Shown: in pieces, positions 25,501 to 37,998 of the stretch
Numbering within the stretch: the stretch's first letter is position 1
Layout of the letters: every line of letters starts with the position of its first letter
Assembly (NCBI RefSeq): GCF_000181795.1
Contig: NW_003526941.1
Span: 10,417,068-10,481,067, forward strand
Direction of reading: 5' to 3'
From: Trichinella spiralis
Taxonomy: Eukaryota
Length of the DNA stretch: 64,000 bases
The notes under the pieces: generated by a model
Told to the model about the DNA's origin: nothing
Databases searched by the model: none
The model's input: only the letters and a program-made list of their open reading frames with translations
Program-made: the position numbers and the translations under genes

Positions 25501-28500
25501 AATGCTGACTGAACTTTCTATCCATCATTATCTGCCAACGTAATTCATCATTAAATAGTTAACACAAAGAAAACAACAGTATATATATATATACATCATA
25601 TACACGTGCATAGTGTTGTTTTTATTTTTCTTCAACTTTTTCCAATCATGATCATCTTCTAGGTTGAGGAATTTCGTTTATCACCACCACACCAATGCAT
25701 ACACATTGTCCAGTAATAAAAAGATATAAGTTCAAGGTCAATAGCCAGTTATCAAATAATAATAATAACAATAAAATTCCGTATAAAGCTAAAGATAAAC
25801 CCCCCCCCCTATTACAGAGATATAGAGATAGAGATTGTTGTTGTTGTTTTTTTGGCATTCGCATATTTTTTTCATTTTGCACAATATCCAATTCTATATC
25901 AGTTGTTTGAAATTCTTGAAAAGAAAAAGTGAAATAAAAACCATAAACACAATCCAAATGATAAAAATCACTGACAAAATTATAGATATAAAAATGGGAA
26001 TTTTTAAAATTGAAATAGCAGTGGAAAAAAAAACACTGGTGTGGTTGTTGTTGTTGTTGCAAAATTATAAACACAAGGGGAAAAAAGACGAAATGAAAAG
26101 CTCAGTAAAACTAGCAACGATCACATCTATTATCATAATTATTATCCAAAATCGAGGGGGGACAGTTCAGATGAAAGATATGAGAAAAGAGAATGACAAA
26201 AAATACTCAATCAAGTCGAATAGTGTGGCAAGATGAGTTTCTCAAGATGACAACATGCAACCTGACTGAACAGGCGCCTACGAAAAGAAGCAAACGGAAA
26301 AAGTCACCAAACAAAGTGTGGATGTGAGAAGCCGACACCTGGTGATTGTTCGAAAAATTGATGCGCAGGAAATCGTACTGTAAAAAGCAAATTTTCCAAC
26401 ACTTACAGACGTACATTCAAACAGACGTCAACGTCACTCACTGGCTGTAATTATATATATATATATTTACGCATCGCTGAATCTTGTGTGTGTGTGTGCG
26501 TGCAACGCAACATATACCGACAAATAATAATCTGGCCAGGATAGATGCCCAGGGATTCAGATAAAGTGCTCTGCATGCGCGTGAGAATTCTTCAATCAGC
26601 GATGAAAATAGAATATCGAAACCGATCAACCGATACCGCAACCTTGTTCACTTTGCAAACCAGTCGTGAATAAAATGCTTACATCACTACACACATATTG
26701 CCGCCCTATATTTCAACCATGACAAACATCAAAGCCATGCAACTTATCTTAAATATTCCAACAAGAAAAAAGAAAAACAAGAAAAAATTTCAATTTTCAT
26801 ATTACTTTTGAAATGATGATTTCAAGACCATTCTTTCCCAGCAGGATAAAAAAGTGACAAGTAGTACGTGCAATCAACGACAGAGCTATAGATATTTTTT
26901 AAACAGATGTTAACCAATCACGACCACAATTTACAATGAAAAACCAATGCAGATATTAAAGTCAAATTTTATGATAAAATTAATATAAATATAATTAGCA
27001 TCATGATCATTCATACAAACAGTGGATTAGTGTTACTTTTGATATGTTTGTGTGTGTGCGTGGGGAAAAAAAGCAAATAACTTTCCTTCTGTACATACCA
27101 GACAGTCAGACAGACAGTGCGCGTGCTATGGGCTTAATGAAGAGAATAATTTTCCAATTGTACTAATGAAAAATAGAGTTAATAGTTGAAAATTCCAGAC
27201 GCGCAAGATGAGCAAGCTGTGCGCATTTTTATTCAAACGAATAAAACTACTGTGTGAATAAGAAAATAGTAGGCGAGGAGAAAGATAAAAAAAGAAGAAG
27301 AAGAAGAAGATAAATTGGATATGCAAAATGAAGCATCCATCCCCATCTGCCGCGCAGATTGGAAGAAAACAATGAATGCTGCTGATGAGCTGGAGCAGTG
27401 TGGTGATGGTGCTTTTGAAAGTTCTAAATGAGAAGAGCAGCTGCGGCCCGAGGTCGGCAGCAAAAACGCAAGCCGTTCAAGCAGAACTGACAGAACTCAA
27501 CGGGGGTCATGCATTCCAATGGCTCCAAACGGTGCACAACTATGCCCGGTATGAAACCCACTACAATTACAACGCCGGTCACTTTTTTCTTGCACCACGG
27601 GTGGGTCAATGGGCAAAGGTCAGCAGCAAAAAAAATGAAGAAGAAATTTTTAATAACCGTTCATGCGTCCAGTACGTTGCACAAGCAGAAACCGATGACC
27701 GCGTTCCTGGCTCTTTATCATCTGGGAAACGACGCATGATTGCGATGAAACCGAATGCCGAACAGTTTTTTAGCCTTCCAAAAGCAGCTTAATCCATACC
27801 CCCAAGGCTTCTTTCTTAATAGCTTCAGAACCAAAAAAAATAATAACAACAAGAAGAAAAATTCTCATCAGATCAAGGACTTGTGCCCAAAGTGGCCGGA
27901 AGCCGAGAACAAAATGCCAGGACACGTTCCAAGACAATTGGCCGACCACTTTGACCAGCAGGACGCTCAGCCTTCCGTGTGTGTTCACGCTTGGTCAAAA
28001 GCCGCTTAACCGAGCCGCCCACCTCATTATTTCCAGACTGGTTGTTCCATTTCCAGGAAGGGATAAAATTGTTGACTAATAAGAAAAAAGCACTTGTACA
28101 CACTCGTGAATTTTTTTCAAAATAACAATACTAATCATCTTTAATATATTACTAGTCTATTTATTGGTATTGTTATTCGTGTAGAAATAGAAAAAAAAAT
28201 CCAAGATGCATCATCATCAATATTGAAGATACCAGAATAGAACTTTATGATTATTATTATTTTCAATGAAAACTGAAAGTAATAAATGCAGACACAGTAG
28301 TCAATCATTTCTTTTTGGACGATCAGTGTAATTTTTGAAACACTACCTCCACACTACTACTTTCACTAGCTGCAAACTTTCTTCCACTGATGCAACGAAA
28401 GAGTAACTCAGAAAACCCCTTTTACAAATCATTGACAATAAATATAAATTATGAAAAATTAAAAAAAAACGAAAGTCAAATTCGTCGTCATTGCCATCGA

Positions 28501-31455
28501 TCGGTTGGTTATTTGATATGTGAGAAAAATGGTATGACGCGTGAATATGCATTTGATCGTAAAAAAATTGATTAGCTGATTGCTGATCACCGTGCGTTGG
28601 TCAGGAAAATCTAGGCACTGCCGATGTGCAAGCATGGTGCAAATATTTGATTTGCAAATGTCACTTGACACTTGGATTCTCTCGCCTGTCAGCTATTTTC
28701 GCTCGTAACTATTCTTAGCCAAAGTGCATTCTTCAGTTTATCGAATTCCAAATCTCAAGCCTCTCCGTCTCGCGTAAATTATTACGCATCTGTTTCAAAT
28801 AATAAAATAATAAAACAGTTCATCCAAAAGTTTCATCTATCCCAAACAAATACTGCTTTACATTTGATTTTTGAAACATGCGAAATGCAGACAAACAGAT
28901 GCCAAAAGTGAGTGCATATTTTAAACTATTTCATCATCTTTTGGTGACATTAATTTGCCCAAGCGTGAAAAAGTTCGCCATTGTAATAACCTCTCCCCCA
29001 GTCGTCGACTTATGCATTCGTAAAATATTCGCCACGTTTTGAAACTAGCCTCCAGAAAGAATTTCTAAGAAAACTCAGCTTTAAAATAAATAAATAAATG
29101 AAGTAAAATTCAACAAGCCAATATGAACTTTACGTTCAACATATGATATGTTGTTTCTACCATGACAAACCTGTTACTACCACCTTGAACTACTGCAAAA
29201 ATGACAAGCAGGTACAGAAACAATTAACAGCTGTCACTTACTGTAAGATGATTTTTTTTCCCAAGAAGTCCATCACTCGAATATTGTCAAATAGCCCTAT
29301 TAGAATATTAAATACGAAGCACAGTGGACTTTTCACGAACAGATATTGAAATTTACCGAAAACATTCAGTTAATCACGTTTAAAAGTTAATGCAAATAAC
29401 AAAATGAAAAACCAGCAGGGCAAATCAAGTACCCTGTGTAAAACTGAACATACTGAAACACGCTGAAAATTATAATTTGTACAAAATTATCTAACAAATG
29501 AACAAAATGCTTACGAATAATCAATGATGCTTCAGTGATAAAAAAATAATAATAATAAAAGAAGAAACCGTTTTCAGTTGGGAGAAAAAGCAATCGGCAG
29601 ACTGTAACAACTATGGGACATCAACAATAATGTTAATAGCAAAAATAAAAAAATGACTTACCTGAATAAAAAAAGTGCATTCATTCATAGGCAGGTATTT
29701 CTTGTTGCTTTTTCAAATTGACGTACAACAGAGTCGTCGATGAGAAATTACTAACAGTAGTAACAGTAGCAGCAGCAGTAGGTAGTGGGAAAAAATGAAA
29801 GCATTTTGGCTTTTTGCTTCTGTCCAGACAACCAGCCGAAAGCCAGCTAAACAGACAGACAGACACACAGCCAGCTAGCTAGCATGCCACTAGTGGTAGA
29901 TGATACAGTTGGAAGTGATGAAAATTACGGCGTCCAGGCAGCGTGTCCAAGAGTCCGGTGTCGACAACGGCCTGACCCACATAAAAAGCAACGTTGGCCA
30001 GGCTTACAATGTGGCCACTTGGCTGACCGTCACTTTCAATAAAACAAACTGACCGCTGGTCGAGCACCGTTGACCCACGGCCGGACGCTCTTTACGACAG
30101 CAATCAACGTTGACACATCTTGCCTTCAATGGTGTTCGTTCGTCCACAATTCGAACTGTCCCCATCTGTCGGCATGCTCTTCTCTGTGCTGCATGCCGCC
30201 AACAGTTTGAGGAGGAAGGAATTCGCCTTGTAAAATGGCATGACGGTCATTTTGGACAACCGGCTCGCTCGACCCCCAAAACAAAACAAACATCATCGCG
30301 TATAATCGGATAAGCACTGCCAAAAAGTCATTTTCCAATCAAAACTGACTTTATGCCTTCTACACCACCAATCGACCACATGATGCACGGAAGTTTATAC
30401 AACGGGTGCAATTGAGATTTTGCAATCAAATTAATGAGCTGAAAATTATTTTTTTCAATCAAAAGTCAGTATGCTCATTGGTCAGTATCAAAATACATAA
30501 ATAATAATAATAAATGGCAAAATAAAAAGCACTCACCTATTGTTTGTTATAACAGTGGCTAGAAATGGATAAAGAGGAATGTGATAGATGGCAAAATGGA
30601 AAGCAACTAAAATGAAATAAAAAATGCGAATGTTCTTCCAGTGAAATTTTGACATTACTTAAAATATTGATATGCTAAGTTTGGCATTTTGATTAAAGTG
30701 ACCACACCCATTTGTTCTTGAAATTGTGCTAAAACAGAAAATGAAATGAATAAGATAAGATATTTTTAAAAAAGGAGAAAATAAAATCAAGAATAACAGA
30801 AAATAAGTAATAAAAAAAGCAACAACGAGAATAAATCGACCGACAGTGATAATCAATTGCCGGTCGGTCGGCTTTGTACATTATTTATGATAATTATTAT
30901 AATGATTATTGTATCGAATGTCATGAAGCACTGATATCATGAAGCGCTGATTGATTGTATCGATTTGACCAAATGAGTCAATGTGAACTGATAAATTATG
31001 CCATTCTCTTTTTCCCATTTCCAACGTACTAGGTGAAGTTTCATATTGCCCAGTCAGAGTTCTTTATTCTTTTAAAATGGTGCTAACTGTTTCTCAGATT
31101 ACTTATCATCATCAACTTGTATGGGGAACAAATAAACTTCTGAAATATTCATCAAACAAAAAACTTTAAATTAAAACATATTTTAAAGTTTAAGTTGATC
31201 ATAAGTTTAAAGTCCAAGTTTTCATATACAATGTACAGCAGCACATAGAGTCAGTTGTAGCTTTCATTCCGTTCAAATTCACCACCCGCACCGACGTTGT
31301 TCGTTTGGTTGAAGAAGAAACAAATAAAATAAAGAGAAATAACCCATGCAAAGCGATAACATCATCAATTATTACTATTATTATTATTATTGCCGCCCAA
31401 ATCAGTAAAGCACATAGATATAGACGAGCAAAGTCAGCAAAAGCACAACAAAAGA

Positions 31456-31713
31456 ATGCCAAAGACCAATCAAACTGTAACCATTGAAGATGATGATTGG
31501 AAAGCGATAATAATGTGTTCGATTTGTTGGAAAAGTCCCCAAGAAGAGGAGAACAGCTCCTTGTCCATGTACAGCACGAAATGTGGACACGTTCTTTGCG
31601 TGGATTGCAAAATTATATATTTTCCCGATAAGCACTCACAAAAACCGTGCCCAATGTGCCGTACTACGGTCAAGAAATCATCCCTCACTCGACTACATCT
31701 CAACATTTGCTGA
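31456..31713 (+). CDS. Intronless 85-aa C3HC4 RING-finger microprotein (putative E3 ligase)
   Basis: ATG at 31456. CSIC...STKCGHVLCVDC...CPMCR gives a complete C3HC4 ligand set; AATAAA at about 31846. Confidence 0.85.
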   Translation: MPKTNQTVTIEDDDWKAIIMCSICWKSPQEEENSSLSMYSTKCGHVLCVDCKIIYFPDKHSQKPCPMCRTTVKKSSLTRLHLNIC

Positions 31714-33009
31714 ATGTGTTTGAACTAGTATAGTGGTCGCTTTCATCAGCTCCGTATGCTGTTCAGTCATCGTTTAAGTTCAGTACCACCAGTAGTTGTC
31801 CATTCAAATTATATCTCATGTGAAAATATATGAAATCTTATTTTGAATAAATAATTTATGTCACAATTTGAAGAAACAACATTATCAATTAATAAATACA
31901 TTTTTTCACCATTGTGTACATACCTATTTCCTCATGCATGGCATGTTCGACCGTGTTGAACTGAGCTTGAATTGAATGAATTTTAGCAAATATACGAAAC
32001 AGCTCATAAGTCGTCAAAGGAAAACTATTAAAATGGTTTCTCTATAATCGGCTTCATCATGGAATATTTCTCTTGTTTTGCTTTGCTGCTACCTAATAAA
32101 AGTACTTTCAATAACAAAAAATAATTCAAACAAATATACAACCGCTACCTTTGTTATTTACAGTAGTTACTGATGTTACACCTATATAGTACAACAACAA
32201 CAACAACAACAGCGTTGCTTCCTTCCGAACAAAAATTTCATCTTCACAAATTGAATAAATCCTTAATCATTTAAATATACCCAAATAAAATAAATCAAAT
32301 TCACATACGTTCATGCAAATTCATTTTTGTTTTGTTTTGTTTTGATTTTATTTATATATATATATATGACACGCCGCTTTTTTCCCTGTTTTCTATGCTT
32401 TCATACGTTTGCAACTAAACATACCCTATAACATAACAGCAGGTAATAAATGAATAAAAATATGCATGTATATAATAACAACAACAGCAACAACAACAAC
32501 AACAACAACAATAAACAAAGAAACAAACAAGCGTATTACTTGTACATAGTGTGTCAAAAAATTTGCCATAAAAGGAAATTTACCTCTGCTAAATGTTGAA
32601 AAGTGAAAGTAAAGTTTTTTTTTCCGTTTAACAATGAACCTCAATTGAAAAAACTGAGGCACTAGAACAACATGTGCATTGATTGTGTTTGGCAACGAGA
32701 AGATGGTGTGATGATTGTGATCGTGCAAGGGATGAGACGGCAACCGCGTGCAAGTTCACTGCTTGAACATGGATTTCGTGTTTCCGGTAATGAGATCCGT
32801 CCGTGTGGTGATACCGAGCCACGCCCAATGACTGGTGAACTTGTCTGGTGGAAAGGAAACAAATTTTTGCACACACTAATTTGCAAAGCGAACTCCTTTT
32901 TTTACACTGTCCATTTTGTACCTGTTGAAATTATGAACAAACTGGACAAATGTTTCCGCATTCCAAACAAGCAATAACATCAAAGCACACTTGCAAATTT
33001 CAACCACGG

Positions 33010-36000
33010 TCAACTGCTATTGCCCACTTTGCGCTTTCGAATTTGAAACAAATCTGGAAATGGATCTTGATTTATGCTTGATCTATAAAATAAAAAAACA
33101 AATAAATAAATAAATAAACTCCAATGTTTTTCTTTTCAATCAATCAACAATCTCTATTTAACTTACTCAAATGCCCTGATCCAAGATTGTTTCTCCTCTG
33201 CCGACGATGCCGCCATTCTGTAAGTGGTATGCTTGCCTGCAATTAAGCATTATTGAAAAATGTCGGATCTTGCAAACAAAGTCAAAGTGGAATCAATCAC
33301 ATCAAACCTTCGATCACTTTTCCTTCGGAATCAGTTTTACAAGCTTTAATAAAATTGGAATTTGTCGAATAAATTTCAAAACAGTGAGCCCGTGTTTTGT
33401 CCTGAACTTCTCGTATTTGTACATTTTCCAACGGAATAATGCCACGTGGTTCTTTTTCCTAAAATTTCATCTTCATAATAATAATAATAATACAAAGAAG
33501 AAGAAGAATCCTATATACCGTTTTATTTTCAAAATAATAAAGGCAATTATCACTGAGAATAAACCACCGTCTTTTCCATGATTTGTAACGACCCCCTAGA
33601 AAAAATGTAAAAAAAGAAACATTATAAAAATTATCTTCCATATAAATTCATTATAATTTGAAGAAATTCAAAAAACTGACCTTGCTTCCAAAGCCAGCCT
33701 TCACGATCCGGATTGAAAAACGTATGCATAAACTCTTTGCCGCTGTCCTCTGGAATTTTGAAAGGTTCAGTACGTATGCATTCATAAAAGCTCTGAATAA
33801 AACAAGTGAGAATTAAATTAATTCATTATTAATTAATTTTCAAAATTCACACCGCTAGCAATTCTCTTGGAATATCCTGTCCAACATCAACATCACGCGT
33901 TCTCAACACAAACTGCTCCAGTGTAACTTTTTCCTTGACATTCGGATTGTGCAAACTCGTGTTCAACATAATTATCGCAAAACTGACCACGTAACAAGCG
34001 TCTGAAAAGTGCAATTTAAAACAAAATTATAATTCATCACACGATCAATTTTTCAGCCCTTCTTCTCACCAGTGGTGCGAAATATACCCGGATTCATGGC
34101 ACAATAACGTTTGGCGAACGAGTCCATCATGCGGTCGATTTTCTGCGCTTCGCCGGGCAGTCTGAACGACCAAAGAAAATGCCTGCAATTTCAAAGACCG
34201 ACCATTCAATCGATTCAAATCGTATAAATAAAAACGGTTCAAACAATTCCAAACAGAGTTACAGATATTTTGATCAGTAATGTGAAAAAAATTTGTCCGC
34301 ATTATCTTTCAGACCACTACTTTTATTTTTAAACATCATCTCGAGCAGTAATAAAATTATAGTGTAATTAGAATGAAATTAAATTTACCTCAAGGCTTCA
34401 ACAAGTGAGAGACCGGAAAAATCTTGCAAATCGACAAATTTGCCCAACACTTTGATATTAAATTCATCCCGATCGCCAAGATAATCACCAATGACCGCCT
34501 TGCTCAGACCTTCGCTTCTGTACAAAAATTCCGCAACCGATTCTGCCGACTCGCCAATGAGACCATGTTCAATCAAAAATTCAATACCCTTTAATAAATA
34601 ATAATAATTTTATAAATGCAATATTGTTTTAAATTTTATTTTTACCTTTTTTGCATTCATGTTGAACTTCTTCTTGCCAATGGCTAGTTGTTTCGTTTTC
34701 GAACTGGCTCGCCTGAAAATAACATTTTATATAAAGCACAAAAAAATAATAAGACAGCAATAGTACAAAAACTGGTGCTCATTTAATAATGATGATAATA
34801 ATCAATTTTACTCACTCTTCATCAATCATGTCCAACGTTTCTATTTCAGAGTTGACTTCAATCATCTCGGTGCGGATTTGCTGCAAAACAAACAAATAAA
34901 CAGATAAATAAAATTCAGCATATCAACGATTATTAAAAACAAAAATAAAAAGAAAATCTCCCAATATAACAGCGAAAAATAATCGAACTATGCGCTTGAA
35001 TGCTTTCAGCCTCTGTGTCAGAAGCGAACTGATGATGTGGGATTTCCAATCCAAAAGTTTGGATGAGATCGATCGAAAAGCAGCGATATATTTTTACCAT
35101 GAAATACATGTATTTCGTATATACATTACTTATACATTTATAACATAAACTTCAATAAGCCGAGCAATTAATGCAACACCAGTAGCAGCATAAATAAAAA
35201 TCGAATGCTTTTTTCGAGCAAATAGCTAAATAAACATGCACTGGCAGCGAGGATAATTCAAATATGCAACTAATATGATTCAAATTTTAAGCAACCAGAG
35301 AAAAGATGATTGCACTTCGCAATAAAAGTGCAAAATAACGGAAAAACAACATTTAAACCATTTATATGCAAACTAATAAAAAATACATGCATTCAAAGTT
35401 TCGAAAAAACTATACACGCAATGAAACTCTCAAATGTCTCATAAAATCAATCTGCCGTTATGACGAAATGGTGAGCAAAAGCGTTGATTATTTTCCTCAC
35501 TTATTCTACTTCTACTACTACAACTATACTGCTAGGTTTTCACATAAAAACATACGACAACTTCAACTGAAGAAGATTAAAAATTAAGCATGAATAGCCA
35601 GCCAGCCAGCCATCCACTCTGCATATCCCATGGAGATCAACACCAGCACAAACACTAACATACACACATGGATAAACGGAAAAAGCTGCAACAACACTTT
35701 TCTTCTTCCATCTGAGTGACGTTGAAAGAAATCGACCAGAAGCCAATCGAAACAACCCTCCACTGCCCAAAAACTCGATTACTAGCAATTGGATAAATAA
35801 TCAAATTAAGATTTAATTTAATTAAAACTGGCCAAATATATAAATAAATAATTAATTAATTAACTGCTTTTATATAACAAAAACAACTTGCAAATAAGCA
35901 GCAGTTAAATAAGTTGAAGAAGAAAAAATGCAAAAAGCACACAAACTGTTGTGCAACATATTAATTTTTTCCAAATTTCTTACTTTACATGAATATACTT

Positions 36001-37721
36001 TACTGATAAAAAATTTCTATTTGAAAAATAAATGATGAAACAAATTTAAAATCAACATTTCATCCAAATTTAAAACCGATATTATACTCAAAATAATAAT
36101 AATAATAAACAATTCAGTTAGGTAGTTGTTACATGTACTTTGAAAATGTGTTGACTGATAAAAATGCTTATTACGTTATTTGAAAAATTCACATCTATAA
36201 TGTAATAAATAAATAAATAAATAAAAAGCCGAAAATTAAAATTTTTAGTTTTAAAAATTAGTTGGCCTTTAAACCGCTCTTTAAATGAATTTTAAAGTAA
36301 AACAACCATTTCTTTCATTTAACCAATCCAAGTAAGCAAACTGCTAGTGAAAATAAATAACCGACTGCTAAGCTGTTCGCTGACCATTTAAAATTTTAGC
36401 TGAACTGCTCAAATTCTGAAGCCCAAAAAGAAGATTAAGTTCCAGAAAATTCAAAAAATTTCAACTGATGGCAAAGAATGTTGGAATTATTCTCTGTTCC
36501 TGTTGTCAGAGACCAATTTATAAACATATGAAAACGTTCGCAACAAAATGTGGCCATCTATTCTGCTTCAACTGTGCTAAAGTTTACTTCAAATTCAAAC
36601 AAAAGCCGTGTCCCATCTGTACAAGACCAGTCACCAGCAGGACAATGATCTCAATCTACTTGTAATTTTTACTTTTTTTATTCCATTTCTTGTTTGTCCA
36701 TTTACACACCAATTTTATTTATCAGTGTTCATTAAAAAATTACATTGCCATTCGATCATTTGGATTGATTATTAAAAAAAAAGGAACAGATTCTTCACTT
36801 GCAGCAGAAACAAACAAACCGTACAATGTCAAATATTTTCTAATAATTCAAACAATAACCCATCTGTATTTATATAAACAGCGATTTGCCAATTTCAATG
36901 GAAAAAATAATAGCAATTACATGGTAATTAAATAATTTTTAAAATAATTCTCCTTCAATCAACACTTGCAGAACAGGAATTTTTCAGAATTTCAATGCAA
37001 ATAACAGTCACTTTAAGAAAGAGTATATCTATTATTAAGCAATGCATTATCAATTCATTTTTGAAAATACAACGCACAAAATCACGTGCTAAGAGTTATA
37101 ATTCAACACATGTATTTCACAAAGTGACACGCGCTAAAACTCTTACACAAAATCAAAAATAAAAAATAGCATTACTTTGCAAATAACTTAAGAACTGTTC
37201 ACCTACACTTAAAGAACTGCCTAATTTGTGTGAAGAACTACAAAATTCATACTGGAAGTTGCTATAATGCTGAGAGCAAAAAAGAATAAATATTAAATCT
37301 CGCTTAATATTATTTCATTTCGATTTCATAAATTTCGCCAACACAGCAAGCATGCAATAAAAGGTCATATTAAAGTAATGCAGAGAATGAAGGTTCACCA
37401 ACAATTGTACCAGGTAAAAGAAAGCAAAAACAAAAATTACCTCAATTTCTTCCAACAATTCAGCTTTTCTCTTCCTTATTTTGATCAAAAGCTCCCGCTC
37501 CTCTTCGGTTAAATCTGAAAAAAAACAGTAAAAAGACAACTGAACTTCAAATATTCAAAATGTCATCACTGATTGAACAACAATGTGAAGTATGACAAAT
37601 ATCTTGCATAATAAATCAAACAAAATTGCATTACATCACAGCTACTAGTAATAAATGAAAGCAGCATTATTAGAAATGATAAAAGAAATAAAATAATACC
37701 ATCCATTGAAAATGTATTCAT
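33010..37721 (-). CDS. grp-1: Cytohesin/GRP1 Arf-GEF (coiled coil, Sec7, PH, polybasic tail)
   Basis: Exons 37721-37700, 37514-37441, 34880-34816, 34712-34646, 34588-34389, 34182-34070, 34001-33853, 33792-33681, 33595-33519, 33458-33308, 33236-33167, 33082-33010. Motifs [100 protein letters not shown]. Confidence 0.96.
36468..36665 (+). CDS. Intronless 65-aa C3HC4 RING-finger microprotein nested antisense in cytohesin intron 2
   Basis: [13 protein letters not shown]...[12 protein letters not shown]...QKPCPIC...ISIYL; all eight RING ligands present; lies within intron 37440-34881. Confidence 0.85.
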   Translation: MAKNVGIILCSCCQRPIYKHMKTFATKCGHLFCFNCAKVYFKFKQKPCPICTRPVTSRTMISIYL

Positions 37722-37998
37722 TTTTCGCTTCAGTGAGCTACGCTCCAACACATACAACATTCACGCAATGCGTCGCCGTTACCTTATAATCAGGAGTACT
37801 GTAATTTTCAGGTACAAACTGTATTCATAACATTACTGTAAGTGAATATTTTTTCAAAATGATAGTTTATTTTTGCATCAGTTTCAGCAGTATCATATTG
37901 TATATGCAATCATATTGTATATAAAAATAAAAAATATTGGAAGAGTACAATTTATTTATTATGCAAGTGCAACTAAAAAATTCAGCAGTTGACGAATT

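Noticed and set aside
27321..28103. GC-richer block with several overlapping 60-140 aa ORFs
   Set aside because: No recognisable domain or consistent splice frame on either strand; possibly regulatory or UTR sequence.
29879..30338. Short ORFs in a second GC-richer block
   Set aside because: No motif or homology recognised; ORFs on both strands are consistent with chance.
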